Source of the DNA: Candidatus Omnitrophica bacterium UBA6249 | GTDB taxonomy: Bacteria > Omnitrophota > Gorgyraeia > Gygaellales > Profunditerraquicolaceae | DNA: 64,000 nucleotides | Direction of reading: 5' to 3' | Assembly: GCA_002441305.1 (NCBI GenBank) | Contig: DJVT01000005.1 | Coordinates: 11,704 to 75,703 of the forward strand | Part shown: in pieces, positions 50,339 through 58,322 of the stretch | How the letters are laid out: each line of letters begins with the position of its first letter | Position numbering within the stretch: position 1 is the first letter of the stretch | Program-made: the position numbers and the translations under genes | Notes under the pieces: generated by a model | The model's input: the letters and a program-made list of their open reading frames with translations, nothing else | The model's database searches: none | Told to the model about the DNA's origin: nothing

Positions 50339-50526
50339 AAAACCCGCAATATATCGAAATAGAAGGAAAAACCGTCGAAGAAGCTATTAAAAAGGCTTTA
50401 CAAAAATTAAACCTGCCAAGAAATAGTGTAAAAGTACAGATTTTATCTGAAGAGAAAAAAGGACTTTTTGGTATGCCTGGAGAAAAACCGGCAAAAATAC
50501 GCGTTAGCGTAATTACGGGCCAATAA
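50335..50526 (+). CDS. Jag N-terminal-domain-only protein
   Basis: 63 aa. IEGKTVEEAIKKALQKLNLPRNSVKVQIL.E.KKGLFG matches Jag_N. No KH or R3H domains follow. ATGA overlap with yidC. Confidence 0.65.
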   Translation: MKNPQYIEIEGKTVEEAIKKALQKLNLPRNSVKVQILSEEKKGLFGMPGEKPAKIRVSVITGQ

Positions 50527-50574
50527 AGACCTTGACTTTCCTTGTTTTTTAGTATAGCTTATTTAAAAGGAAAA

Positions 50575-50590
50575 TGTTCCCCGTGGAACA
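50575..50590. promoter_or_regulatory. parS-like centromere site
   Basis: TGTTCCCCGTGGAACA against the consensus TGTTNCACGTGAAACA. It differs at 2 of the defined positions and keeps palindromic arms TGTTCC/GGAACA. It lies about 15-20 nt upstream of the parA start. Confidence 0.6.
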
Positions 50591-50603
50591 TTTTCTATTA
50601 ATA

Positions 50604-51401
50604 ATGCCAATGGGTAAAATAATAGCTATTTGTAACCAAAAAGGTGGAGTCGGCAAGACCACAACTTCTATAAATCTTGCTTCATATCTAGCCATGGCGG
50701 GCAAAAGGACTATGTTAATTGATTTAGATCCTCAGGCAAACGCCACTAGCGGGATAGGAATAAACAAGCACGACGTTAAAAAGAGCACATATCATATCCT
50801 GCTTGAAGAATCGGATATATCCGAGATTTTGAAAGAAACGAATATCAAGAATCTTTCTTTAGCCCCTTCAAATCTTGATTTAACTGGCGCAGAAGTAGAG
50901 TTAGTAGGGGCACTGGGAAGAGAATATAGGCTTAAAAAATCCCTGCAGATAGAAAAAGAAAAATATGATTTTATAATTATCGATTCTCCGCCATCCCTGG
51001 GGTTACTTACTATTAATGGATTATGTGCCGCAGATTCTGTAATTATCCCTGTGCAGTGTGAATATTATGCACTCGAAGGTTTAACGCAACTCCATAATAC
51101 AATTAGACTTGTAAGAGAAAACATAAATCCGCATCTTAATATAGAAGGGGTTTTGTTGACAATGGCGGATTTTCGTACAAACTTGACCAAAGAGGTAATA
51201 CAGGAAGCAAGGGATCATTTTAAAGAAAAGGTTTATAACACTGTTATACCAAGGAATATAAGATTGACCGAAGCCCCCAGTTTTGGAAAACCGATTGTAT
51301 TGTATGATAAAGATTCTTTGGGGGCGCAAAAATACGATGAACTAAGCAGGGAAATATTGGGTTTACCTTTAAACACCAATACGCCACAAGGAGATTTATA
51401 A
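50604..51401 (+). CDS. parA: chromosome partitioning ATPase ParA/Soj
   Basis: Deviant Walker A KGGVGKTT and DSPPSLG. The real start is probably MPMGKIIAI (50604 or 50610). The longer track start (50574) reads through the parS site. Confidence 0.9.
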   Translation: MPMGKIIAICNQKGGVGKTTTSINLASYLAMAGKRTMLIDLDPQANATSGIGINKHDVKKSTYHILLEESDISEILKETNIKNLSLAPSNLDLTGAEVELVGALGREYRLKKSLQIEKEKYDFIIIDSPPSLGLLTINGLCAADSVIIPVQCEYYALEGLTQLHNTIRLVRENINPHLNIEGVLLTMADFRTNLTKEVIQEARDHFKEKVYNTVIPRNIRLTEAPSFGKPIVLYDKDSLGAQKYDELSREILGLPLNTNTPQGDL

Positions 51402-52264
51402 TGGAAAGACGAGCCTTAGGTAAAGGTTTAAGTGCGTTAATTCCCGAGAAGGTATCCGAAGAGAGCGTTTCCGGCAAAAAAGAGATAATGTATGTTGCAG
51501 CTTCTAAAATCAAACCTAATCCTTTTCAGCCCAGGGAGGAGTTCGATCAGACAAGCATAGATGAGTTATCTCTTTCTATAAAGGAAAAAGGGGTTATTCA
51601 GCCTCTTCTTGTTAGAAGGAAAGGGGATTATTTCGAGCTGATAGCGGGAGAAAGAAGGTTCCGTGCTGCTAACTCGTTGGGGCTCAATGAGTTACCTGTA
51701 ATTATTCGCGATGCAGACGACCAGGATTCTTTAGAGCTGGCTTTAATAGAGAATATCCAGAGAGAAGAGCTTAATCCTATCGAGGAAGCCCATGCTTACC
51801 AGCATCTAGTAGAAAAATTCAGTGTTACCCAGGAAAAGATTAGTGATGTTTTGGGGAAATCCCGGGTTTCCGTGGCTAATACTTTGAGGCTATTAAAGCT
51901 GCCCCATGAGATCCAAGAGGAAATGAAGAAAGGCCGCATAAGCTTTGCCCATGGAAGAGCTCTTTTAGAGGTGGAAGATGTAAATTATCAGCGTAAGCTT
52001 GTGCAGGATGTTATTTCGAAAGGGTTGTCCGTAAGAGAGCTGGAAAGCCTGATAAAAAGCATCCGCCCCAAAACAATAAAAAGAAAAATGAAACAAAGGC
52101 ACGAAGATCCGGTAGTCGCTGTTTTTGAGGAAAGGCTTCAGCATTCTCTGGCTACCAAGGTAAGAATAGTAAAAAACAAGAAAAGGGGTCATATAAACAT
52201 TGAATTCTACTCGCAAGAGGATTTGGAACGCATAGTCAATGTCATAAAAGGAGGAAACGGATAA
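51401..52264 (+). CDS. parB: chromosome partitioning protein ParB/Spo0J
   Basis: NPFQPRE, ELIAGERRFRAA (the GERR arginine patch), and an HTH region. Confidence 0.9.
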   Translation: MERRALGKGLSALIPEKVSEESVSGKKEIMYVAASKIKPNPFQPREEFDQTSIDELSLSIKEKGVIQPLLVRRKGDYFELIAGERRFRAANSLGLNELPVIIRDADDQDSLELALIENIQREELNPIEEAHAYQHLVEKFSVTQEKISDVLGKSRVSVANTLRLLKLPHEIQEEMKKGRISFAHGRALLEVEDVNYQRKLVQDVISKGLSVRELESLIKSIRPKTIKRKMKQRHEDPVVAVFEERLQHSLATKVRIVKNKKRGHINIEFYSQEDLERIVNVIKGGNG

Positions 52265-52767
52265 TGTCTCAAGCGGTGTTGATTCTTATTAAACCCGACG
52301 GTTTAAAAAAGTCCCTTACCGGGAATATCCTCAGCAGGCTGTCTGAAACCAAGCTGGAAATTGTGGCCGCCAAGATGGTGCGCGTTTCCGGAGATCTGGC
52401 CAGAGAGCATTACAGGCACTTGGAAGACAAACCGTTTTTTGGGGAACTTATAAAATATTTACAGGGGGAGATGCACGATAGAAAAAAGGTTATGGCATTG
52501 GTTTATTGGGGAGAGGACGCGATTAAAAAATGCCGCACTTTGGCGGGAGCCACAAATCCGGAAGAGGCGGAATCTACATCTATCCGCGGTTCCTACGGGA
52601 GGATAACCACTTCCGGGCTTTATGAGAATGTCATACATGTTTCATCTGATGAATCGGATGCGGAAAGAGAAATCAAGCTTTGGTTTTCTCCCGAGGAGAT
52701 TATCGTCGACCTTTATCCTACAAAACCTATTGTTCAGAAGGAAATAAAAACCAGGGCTTGGGCATAG
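52264..52767 (+). CDS. ndk: nucleoside-diphosphate kinase (divergent, extended C-terminus)
   Basis: LILIKPDG, EHYRHLEDKPFFGELIKYL, IRGSYG, NVIHVSSDESDAEREIKLWF. The catalytic His is present, but the motif is HVSS instead of HGSD. Confidence 0.75.
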   Translation: MSQAVLILIKPDGLKKSLTGNILSRLSETKLEIVAAKMVRVSGDLAREHYRHLEDKPFFGELIKYLQGEMHDRKKVMALVYWGEDAIKKCRTLAGATNPEEAESTSIRGSYGRITTSGLYENVIHVSSDESDAEREIKLWFSPEEIIVDLYPTKPIVQKEIKTRAWA

Positions 52768-52788
52768 AGACTGGCAATTAAGGGGCTT

Positions 52789-53622
52789 ATGATGGCTATC
52801 AGCAGCATGACCGGTTTTGGAAGCCGGGAAGCGGATATTGATTCGATAGGCAGGATTTATGTAGAGTTAAGATGCACTAACCATAAATTCAGGGAGATTG
52901 TTTTTCATTTGCCTGAAGGAATGCTTTCTCTCGAGGACAAGATTAAAAAAGAAGTCGATCTGGCTATAGGCAGGGGGAGGGTTTTATGTTCCGTGAGCAT
53001 AAAGAGCGGGGAGGCGCACGGTATTTTTATAAACCGGAACCTGTTGAAAAAATACCTGCATGAGTTAAACGGGATAAAAAAAGAATTCGGGATAAAAGGC
53101 GGCTTAAGCCTTGATTCGCTCATTCGTCTTCCCGGGGTGCTGTCGCTTAAAGAAGATAAGCCGGCGGGCGCGCATATCTGGGAGTGTTTTAAACCTTTAC
53201 TGCAGCAGGCTCTTTTGGCTCTGGTGAAAACAAGACAGAAAGAAGGAAAAGCTTTGTCCGGGGTTTTAAAGAAGCGTTGCGAGGAGTTAAAAAAAGAGCT
53301 GTGTTTTGTTAGAAAGAGGTTTGGAGAAGCGGTTAAAACAAGGGCCCGCCGGATAAAATCGGAAGAAGAACGGGCGGCTTTCTTAAAAGGGGCGGATATA
53401 GCCGAAGAGATGGACCGCCTGAGTTTTCATATCAGGAATTTCCAGCAAAAGATCAACAAGGGGGGGCCTGCCGGCAAAGAGTTGGATTTTATCACACAGG
53501 AAATGCAAAGAGAGGCTAATACCTTGGCGGCAAAATCCTTCGATCTGGTTGTATCCGGAAGGGCTGTACAGATGAAAAGCCAGATTGAAAAAATCCGGGA
53601 ACAGGTACAAAACATAGAGTAG
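52789..53622 (+). CDS. yicC: YicC family stress-induced protein (endoribonuclease YicC-like)
   Basis: SMTGFG N-terminus and C-terminal GKELDFITQEMQREANTLAAKS..IEKIREQVQNIE. Confidence 0.85.
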   Translation: MMAISSMTGFGSREADIDSIGRIYVELRCTNHKFREIVFHLPEGMLSLEDKIKKEVDLAIGRGRVLCSVSIKSGEAHGIFINRNLLKKYLHELNGIKKEFGIKGGLSLDSLIRLPGVLSLKEDKPAGAHIWECFKPLLQQALLALVKTRQKEGKALSGVLKKRCEELKKELCFVRKRFGEAVKTRARRIKSEEERAAFLKGADIAEEMDRLSFHIRNFQQKINKGGPAGKELDFITQEMQREANTLAAKSFDLVVSGRAVQMKSQIEKIREQVQNIE

Positions 53623-54266
53623 TGGAAACCAAGAAGCCGAAAGGCAAGGATAGTTTGAAGATTCGCAGCTCTGCTTTCAGCAGAAGCGCAATCAAAGGGA
53701 AGATATTTGTAATTTCCGGACCTTCCGGATCGGGTAAAACCACCTTGTTGGCCAAGCTCCTCCATGATAAAAAAATCGGCAGGATTTTGGTAAAATCATG
53801 CTCTGTAACTACCCGGCCCAGGCGCGCGGGGGAGAGACAGGGGAGGGATTATTTTTTTGTCGGCAAAAATGAATTTAACCGTTTGTTAAAAGCCAAAAAA
53901 ATTCTTGAATGGACCAGGTATTTGGGATATTATTACGGGACGCCCAAAGACCTCGTGGAAACGCGACTCAAGGAGGGTAAGCATATCGGTTTATGCCTGG
54001 ATATCAACGGGGCAAGAATTTTGCGTAAAAAATACCCCCGCAACGCGGTGACAATCTTTGTCCTCCCTCCCTCGCTTAAAACGCTTAAAACAAGGATCGA
54101 GAGCCGGCGCAGAGAAACCAGCAAAGAAGAAGTCAGGCAGCGTTTGTTTTTGGCGAAACAAGAGATTCTGGCGGCGTCTCAGTTTAAATATTGCGTTTTG
54201 AACGAGAACCTGAAAAGCGCGCTTGAAGTCTTAAAAAAGATTTTTTTTAAAGAAACCGTTTCATAA
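53622..54266 (+). CDS. gmk: guanylate kinase
   Basis: P-loop ISGPSGSGKTT, TTRPRRAGE..GRDYFFV, and YYGT. GTG start with an N-terminal ~25-aa basic extension. Confidence 0.9.
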   Translation: METKKPKGKDSLKIRSSAFSRSAIKGKIFVISGPSGSGKTTLLAKLLHDKKIGRILVKSCSVTTRPRRAGERQGRDYFFVGKNEFNRLLKAKKILEWTRYLGYYYGTPKDLVETRLKEGKHIGLCLDINGARILRKKYPRNAVTIFVLPPSLKTLKTRIESRRRETSKEEVRQRLFLAKQEILAASQFKYCVLNENLKSALEVLKKIFFKETVS

Positions 54267-54288
54267 GTCCTGTCATCCGGAGGAAAAA

Positions 54289-54498
54289 ATGGAATATAAA
54301 GGAAGGGAAAGGCTTTTAGGAAAAAGTTGCGGGTCTATATATAAGCTGGTAATATTGGCTTCAAAGAGGGCTTTGGAGATAGCCGAAGGGAAGCCAAAGC
54401 TGGTTGAAGACGAGCTTTCCACTAAACCGTCTACGGTAGCCCTGCATGAAATAGAACAAGGGAAAGTGGAAGCAAAAGAAAACAAACCGAAAGAATAA
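54289..54498 (+). CDS. rpoZ: DNA-directed RNA polymerase subunit omega
   Basis: 69 aa. GSIYKLVILASKRALEI is the typical omega core. The conserved gmk-rpoZ order supports the call. Confidence 0.8.
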   Translation: MEYKGRERLLGKSCGSIYKLVILASKRALEIAEGKPKLVEDELSTKPSTVALHEIEQGKVEAKENKPKE

Positions 54499-55043
54499 TG
54501 TCAAAGACAGGAAAAACCGTTATTTTGGGAGTAACGGCAAGTATCGCTATTTATAAAGCCTGCGATCTTGTCCGCAGATTCAAAGAACGCGGGTTTACGG
54601 TAAAAGTCATTATGACCAGCGAAGCGGAGCGTCTGATCAGGCCGATAGTTTTTTCTTCTTTGAGCGGGAACAAGGTTTACGGGCCGGATGTGTTCAGCGA
54701 ACCGGAAAACTGGGAGATAGAGCATGTTTCTTTGGCCCAGGAGGCGTCCTTGATCCTGGTCGCCCCGGCCACGGCCAATATTATAGCCAAGATGGCAGCC
54801 GGCATCTGCGATGATCTTTTGACCTGTACCATATGCGCCAGCAGAACGCATGTCCTGGTTGCTCCCGCAATGAACGAGAATATGTATAAGAATAAAATCA
54901 CACAGGAGAATATAGCGAAATTGCAATCCTGTGGTTATAAAATTATCCAGCCGCGCGAAGGCCAGCTTGCCTGTGGCAGGTCCGGCTTGGGTTGTCTGGC
55001 AGGGGTGGATGATATTATTGGTGAAGCGGAAAAGTTTTTATAG
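54498..55043 (+). CDS. coaC: phosphopantothenoylcysteine decarboxylase flavoprotein (CoaC half only)
   Basis: ILGVTASIAIYKA, VAPATANIIAKMAAGICDDLL, PAMNENMY..G.LACG. There is no CoaB half. tRNA genes follow directly. Confidence 0.8.
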   Translation: MSKTGKTVILGVTASIAIYKACDLVRRFKERGFTVKVIMTSEAERLIRPIVFSSLSGNKVYGPDVFSEPENWEIEHVSLAQEASLILVAPATANIIAKMAAGICDDLLTCTICASRTHVLVAPAMNENMYKNKITQENIAKLQSCGYKIIQPREGQLACGRSGLGCLAGVDDIIGEAEKFL

Positions 55044-55047
55044 GTTT

Positions 55048-55122
55048 GGCGACGTAGCCAAGTGGTAAGGCAGTTGTCTGCAAAACAACTATTCAGCGGT
55101 TCAATTCCGCTCGTCGCCTCCA
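55048..55122 (+). tRNA. tRNA-Cys (GCA), CCA encoded
   Basis: Acceptor GGCGACG/CGTCGCC, anticodon arm GTTGT-CTGCAAA-ACAAC, T-arm AGCGG-TTCAATT-CCGCT. Confidence 0.9.
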
Positions 55123-55129
55123 TCATTAA

Positions 55130-55212
55130 GGGCAAGTGGTGGAATGGCATACACGACAGACTTAAAATCTGTTGGCCGCAAGGTCGTAAGGGTTCGACTC
55201 CCTTCTTGCCCA
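55130..55212 (+). tRNA. tRNA-Leu (TAA), long variable arm
   Basis: Acceptor GGGCAAG/CTTGCCC, anticodon loop CTTAAAA, variable arm GGCCGCAAGGTCG, T-arm AGGGT..TCCCT region. Confidence 0.85.
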
Positions 55213-55265
55213 GTATATATCTCCGCAGGCAAAAGGGAGATAATTCCAAGAAGTTGATATTGTAA

Positions 55266-55359
55266 GGGCTCATAGCTCAGCCCCTGCAAAAGCCGCAGGG
55301 GCTCCTCGGGATATCAAATATCCCTCGTCGTTGGGAAAAGAGGATTTCGCTATGAGCCG
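55266..55359 (+). ncRNA. structured RNA element beginning with an exact copy of the first 15 nt of the downstream tRNA-Val
   Basis: GGGCTCATAGCTCAG (55266-55280) is identical to 55374-55388. A 10-bp closing helix pairs GGCTCATAGC (55267-76) with GCTATGAGCC (55349-58). Inner hairpins are CCCCTGC/GCAGGGG (55281-55301) and GGGATAT/ATATCCC (55308-55324). It does not fold as a tRNA. Confidence 0.5.
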
Positions 55360-55373
55360 GCACTGAAATAATC

Positions 55374-55447
55374 GGGCTCATAGCTCAGTTGGTTAGAGCG
55401 TTGCGTTGACATCGCAAAGGTCAGTGGTTCAAGTCCACTTGGGCCCA
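55374..55447 (+). tRNA. tRNA-Val (GAC), CCA not encoded
   Basis: Acceptor GGGCTCA/TGGGCCC, D-arm GCTCAGTTGGTTAGAGC, anticodon arm TTGCG-TTGACAT-CGCAA, T-arm AGTGG-TTCAAGT-CCACT. Confidence 0.9.
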
Positions 55448-55454
55448 TTTAAAA

Positions 55455-57173
55455 ATGGACATATCTATTTTAAGACATTCCTGTTCGCATATTATGGCCG
55501 AGGCGGTGAAGAGGCTTTGGCCGGAGGTAAAACTGGCTATCGGCCCGGCTATCGAAGACGGGTTTTATTACGATTTTGATAAGAAAGATCCGTTCAGCAG
55601 CGATGATTTGTTAAAGATTGAGCAGGAGATGCAAAAGATTGTCTCCGCCGATGAACCGTTTGTGCGCCAGGAGATGGGGAAAGAAGAGGCGATCAAGCTT
55701 TTTGAGGGGATGAAGGAGGATTACAAGGTTGAATTGATAAGGGGCCTGCCGAATGAAAAGGTTTCCGTTTATAATACCGGCAAAGATTTCCTTGATCTTT
55801 GCCGCGGGCCGCACGTTAATTCGACCGGAGAAATAAAGTTCTTCAAGCTATTGTCTGTTGCCGGGGCGTATTGGCACGGCATTGAGACCAACCCCATGCT
55901 GCAGAGGATATACGGGACTTGCTTCAATACTAAAGGCGAGCTGGAAGAATATCTGAATTCTTTGGAAGAGGCGAAACTGCGCGACCACAGAAAACTGGGG
56001 CCGCAGCTGGGGTTGTTCGATATTTACCATGAGCAAGCCGGCGCAGGGCTGGTTTTTTATCATCCCAAGGGCGCCCTCCTGCGGACAATTATCGAGGATT
56101 ACGAGAAAAGAGAGCATCTGAAGCGGGGATACCAGCTGGTGATTACCCCGCATATCATGGATGCATCTTTATGGAAGACCAGCGGACATTATGATTATTA
56201 TAAAGAGAATATGTATTTTTCCTCGGAGGGAGACAGGGAGATTGTATTGAAGCCCATGAATTGCCCGGGGCATATCCTGATTTACAAATCAAAGAGCCGC
56301 AGTTACCGGGACCTTCCCATAAGGTTCTTTGAACTGGGCACGGTTTATCGAAAGGAAAAAGCCGGAGTCTTACACGGGCTTCTGCGCGTGAGGGGCTTTA
56401 CCCAGGACGATGCGCATATATTTTGTCTTCCCGAACAACTGCGGCAGGAGATAAGCGGCATCATTGATTTTGTATTTGAAACAATGAAAGTTTTCGGTTT
56501 CGAACACTGGGGAATAGAATTAAGCACGCGTCCGGAAAAATATATCGGTTCGGACGAAGACTGGCAGAAAGCAACAGCAGCGCTTGAGGATTCGTTGAAA
56601 GAAAAAGGGTTACCCTATGAAATTAACCATGGGGACGGCGCTTTTTACGGACCCAAGATCGACATAAAGTTAAAGGACGCCCTTAAGCGGACCTGGCAGT
56701 GCGCCACTATCCAGTGCGATTTTGCTTTGCCTAAAAGGTTCGATCTGGCATACGTGGATGAGGATGGCAGAGAAAAGCAGCCTATTATGCTGCACAGGGT
56801 TTTGTTGGGGAGCCTGGAGCGTTTTATCGGCGCGCTCATTGAACATTATAAAGGGGAGCTCCCTTTATGGTTAAGCCCTACCCAGGTTTTACTGATCCCG
56901 ATAAAAGAAACGGTCTTGTCTTATGCCGGACAGGTAAAAGAGTTTTTGGAAAAGAACCAGATACGGACGGATATGGATGCGCGCAATGAGACTCTCGATA
57001 AGAGGATACGTAACGCGGAGCTGAACAAGATTCCTTATTGTTTGATTTTGGGCGAGCGGGAAGCCAAACAGGGTACGGTCAGCGTGCGTAAGAAGGGCAT
57101 GGGGGACCAGGGGGCGGTAACGAAGGATAAATTTGCGGAAGACCTGTTAAATCAAATTAAGCAGTATAAATAG
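55455..57173 (+). CDS. thrS: threonine--tRNA ligase lacking the N-terminal TGS domain
   Basis: It starts at the editing (N2) domain: ILRHSCSHIMAEAVKRLWP..AIGPAIEDGFYYDF. It has the class II core (FRxE-like FELGTVYRKE, GFTQDDAHIF) and an anticodon-binding C-terminus. Confidence 0.9.
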   Translation: MDISILRHSCSHIMAEAVKRLWPEVKLAIGPAIEDGFYYDFDKKDPFSSDDLLKIEQEMQKIVSADEPFVRQEMGKEEAIKLFEGMKEDYKVELIRGLPNEKVSVYNTGKDFLDLCRGPHVNSTGEIKFFKLLSVAGAYWHGIETNPMLQRIYGTCFNTKGELEEYLNSLEEAKLRDHRKLGPQLGLFDIYHEQAGAGLVFYHPKGALLRTIIEDYEKREHLKRGYQLVITPHIMDASLWKTSGHYDYYKENMYFSSEGDREIVLKPMNCPGHILIYKSKSRSYRDLPIRFFELGTVYRKEKAGVLHGLLRVRGFTQDDAHIFCLPEQLRQEISGIIDFVFETMKVFGFEHWGIELSTRPEKYIGSDEDWQKATAALEDSLKEKGLPYEINHGDGAFYGPKIDIKLKDALKRTWQCATIQCDFALPKRFDLAYVDEDGREKQPIMLHRVLLGSLERFIGALIEHYKGELPLWLSPTQVLLIPIKETVLSYAGQVKEFLEKNQIRTDMDARNETLDKRIRNAELNKIPYCLILGEREAKQGTVSVRKKGMGDQGAVTKDKFAEDLLNQIKQYK

Positions 57174-57190
57174 AAAGAGAGGTGGTCGCT

Positions 57191-57697
57191 ATAAAAAAAT
57201 TCATTCGTATAAACGAACGGATTAGCTCGTCTCAGGTGAGAGTTATCGGTCATGACGGCAGTCAGCTGGGGATCATGTCTACGCAAAGGGCTTTGGATAT
57301 GGCTAATCAGCAGGAGCTTGATCTGGTGGAGGTTGCCCCAAAGGCCGTTCCGCCGGTTTGCCGCATTATCGAATTCAGTAAATTCAAATACGATATCGAA
57401 AAAAAAGAGCGGGAAGCCAAAAAACATCAGAAGCAAGGCCGGCTGAAGGAAATCCGCCTGAAACCCAATATAGATGAACATGATTTTGCTACTAAGGTAA
57501 AGCACGCAGCTGTTTTCTTGAAGAAAAAAGATAAAGTGAAGGTCAATCTGTTTTTCCGGGGCAGGCAGATGGAACATTTGGACCTGGGGAGAAAGGTGGT
57601 TGACAAATTCATCGAACATACTCAAAACGAAGGACAGGTGGAAAGGGCCCCGTCGCTTGAGGGGAGAATTATGTCCTTTGTGATTGCGCCAAAATAA
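57191..57697 (+). CDS. infC: translation initiation factor IF-3 (probable non-canonical AUA start)
   Basis: IRINERISSSQVRVIGHDGSQLGIMSTQRALDMA.. is the typical IF-3 sequence. The track start GTG 57182 abuts SD GAGAGG with no spacer. In-frame ATA at 57191 sits 9 nt after the SD. Confidence 0.85.
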   Translation: MKKFIRINERISSSQVRVIGHDGSQLGIMSTQRALDMANQQELDLVEVAPKAVPPVCRIIEFSKFKYDIEKKEREAKKHQKQGRLKEIRLKPNIDEHDFATKVKHAAVFLKKKDKVKVNLFFRGRQMEHLDLGRKVVDKFIEHTQNEGQVERAPSLEGRIMSFVIAPK

Positions 57698-57725
57698 GAT
57701 ATAATAAGGTTATAAAGGAGAAAAA

Positions 57726-57926
57726 ATGGGTAAATTGAAGACAAAGAGAGGGGTGGCGAAGCGTTTTAAACTTACCAAGAAGGGTAAAGTTAAATATTCT
57801 GCCGGTGGCAAAAGCCATCTGGCTTCATCCAAAAAAACAAGTAAAATCAGGAAACTGAGAAAACGTAAGTCCCTTGCCGGTGAAAAGGAAGCGAAATTCG
57901 TAAAATCCATGCTGCCTTATGGTTAA
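57726..57926 (+). CDS. rpmI: 50S ribosomal protein L35
   Basis: MGKLKTKRGVAKRFKLTKKGKVKY.. Confidence 0.9.
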   Translation: MGKLKTKRGVAKRFKLTKKGKVKYSAGGKSHLASSKKTSKIRKLRKRKSLAGEKEAKFVKSMLPYG

Positions 57927-57947
57927 GGGTTTTAAAGGAGAAACAAA

Positions 57948-58295
57948 ATGGCAAAAGTAAAACACAGTGTTGCAACCCGAAAGAGAAAGAAAAAGGTTTT
58001 AAAGCAAGCCAAAGGTTTTTGGGGCGACCGTAGCAAGCAGTATCAGCAGGCAAAAAGGACGCTGATGCACGCTTTAAAATATGCTTACCGCGACCGCCGC
58101 AACAAAAAGAGACAAATCCGCGGCCTTTGGATCACGCGTATTAACGCCGCTTGCCGCCAGGCCGGGATAAGCTACAGCGCTTTTATAAACGGGTTGAAGA
58201 AATCAAAGATCGGTCTGGACCGTAAAATACTGGCGGACTTGGCCGTAAAAGACAACGCGGCCTTCAATAAAATAGTCGAAACAGTCAAGAAATAG
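57948..58295 (+). CDS. rplT: 50S ribosomal protein L20
   Basis: [38 protein letters not shown]. Confidence 0.95.
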   Translation: MAKVKHSVATRKRKKKVLKQAKGFWGDRSKQYQQAKRTLMHALKYAYRDRRNKKRQIRGLWITRINAACRQAGISYSAFINGLKKSKIGLDRKILADLAVKDNAAFNKIVETVKK

Positions 58296-58322
58296 CCGTT
58301 CCCTTTTTGACAGGGGTAATCC

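Noticed and set aside
51858-51880. Second parS-like sequence inside parB (GGTTTCCGTGGCTAAT)
   Set aside because: Only the left half resembles parS. The right arm is not palindromic.
55062-55289. Several 60-112-aa ORFs on both strands
   Set aside because: They overlap the tRNA-Cys and tRNA-Leu genes and the structured spacer. They are artefacts of stop-free tRNA sequence.
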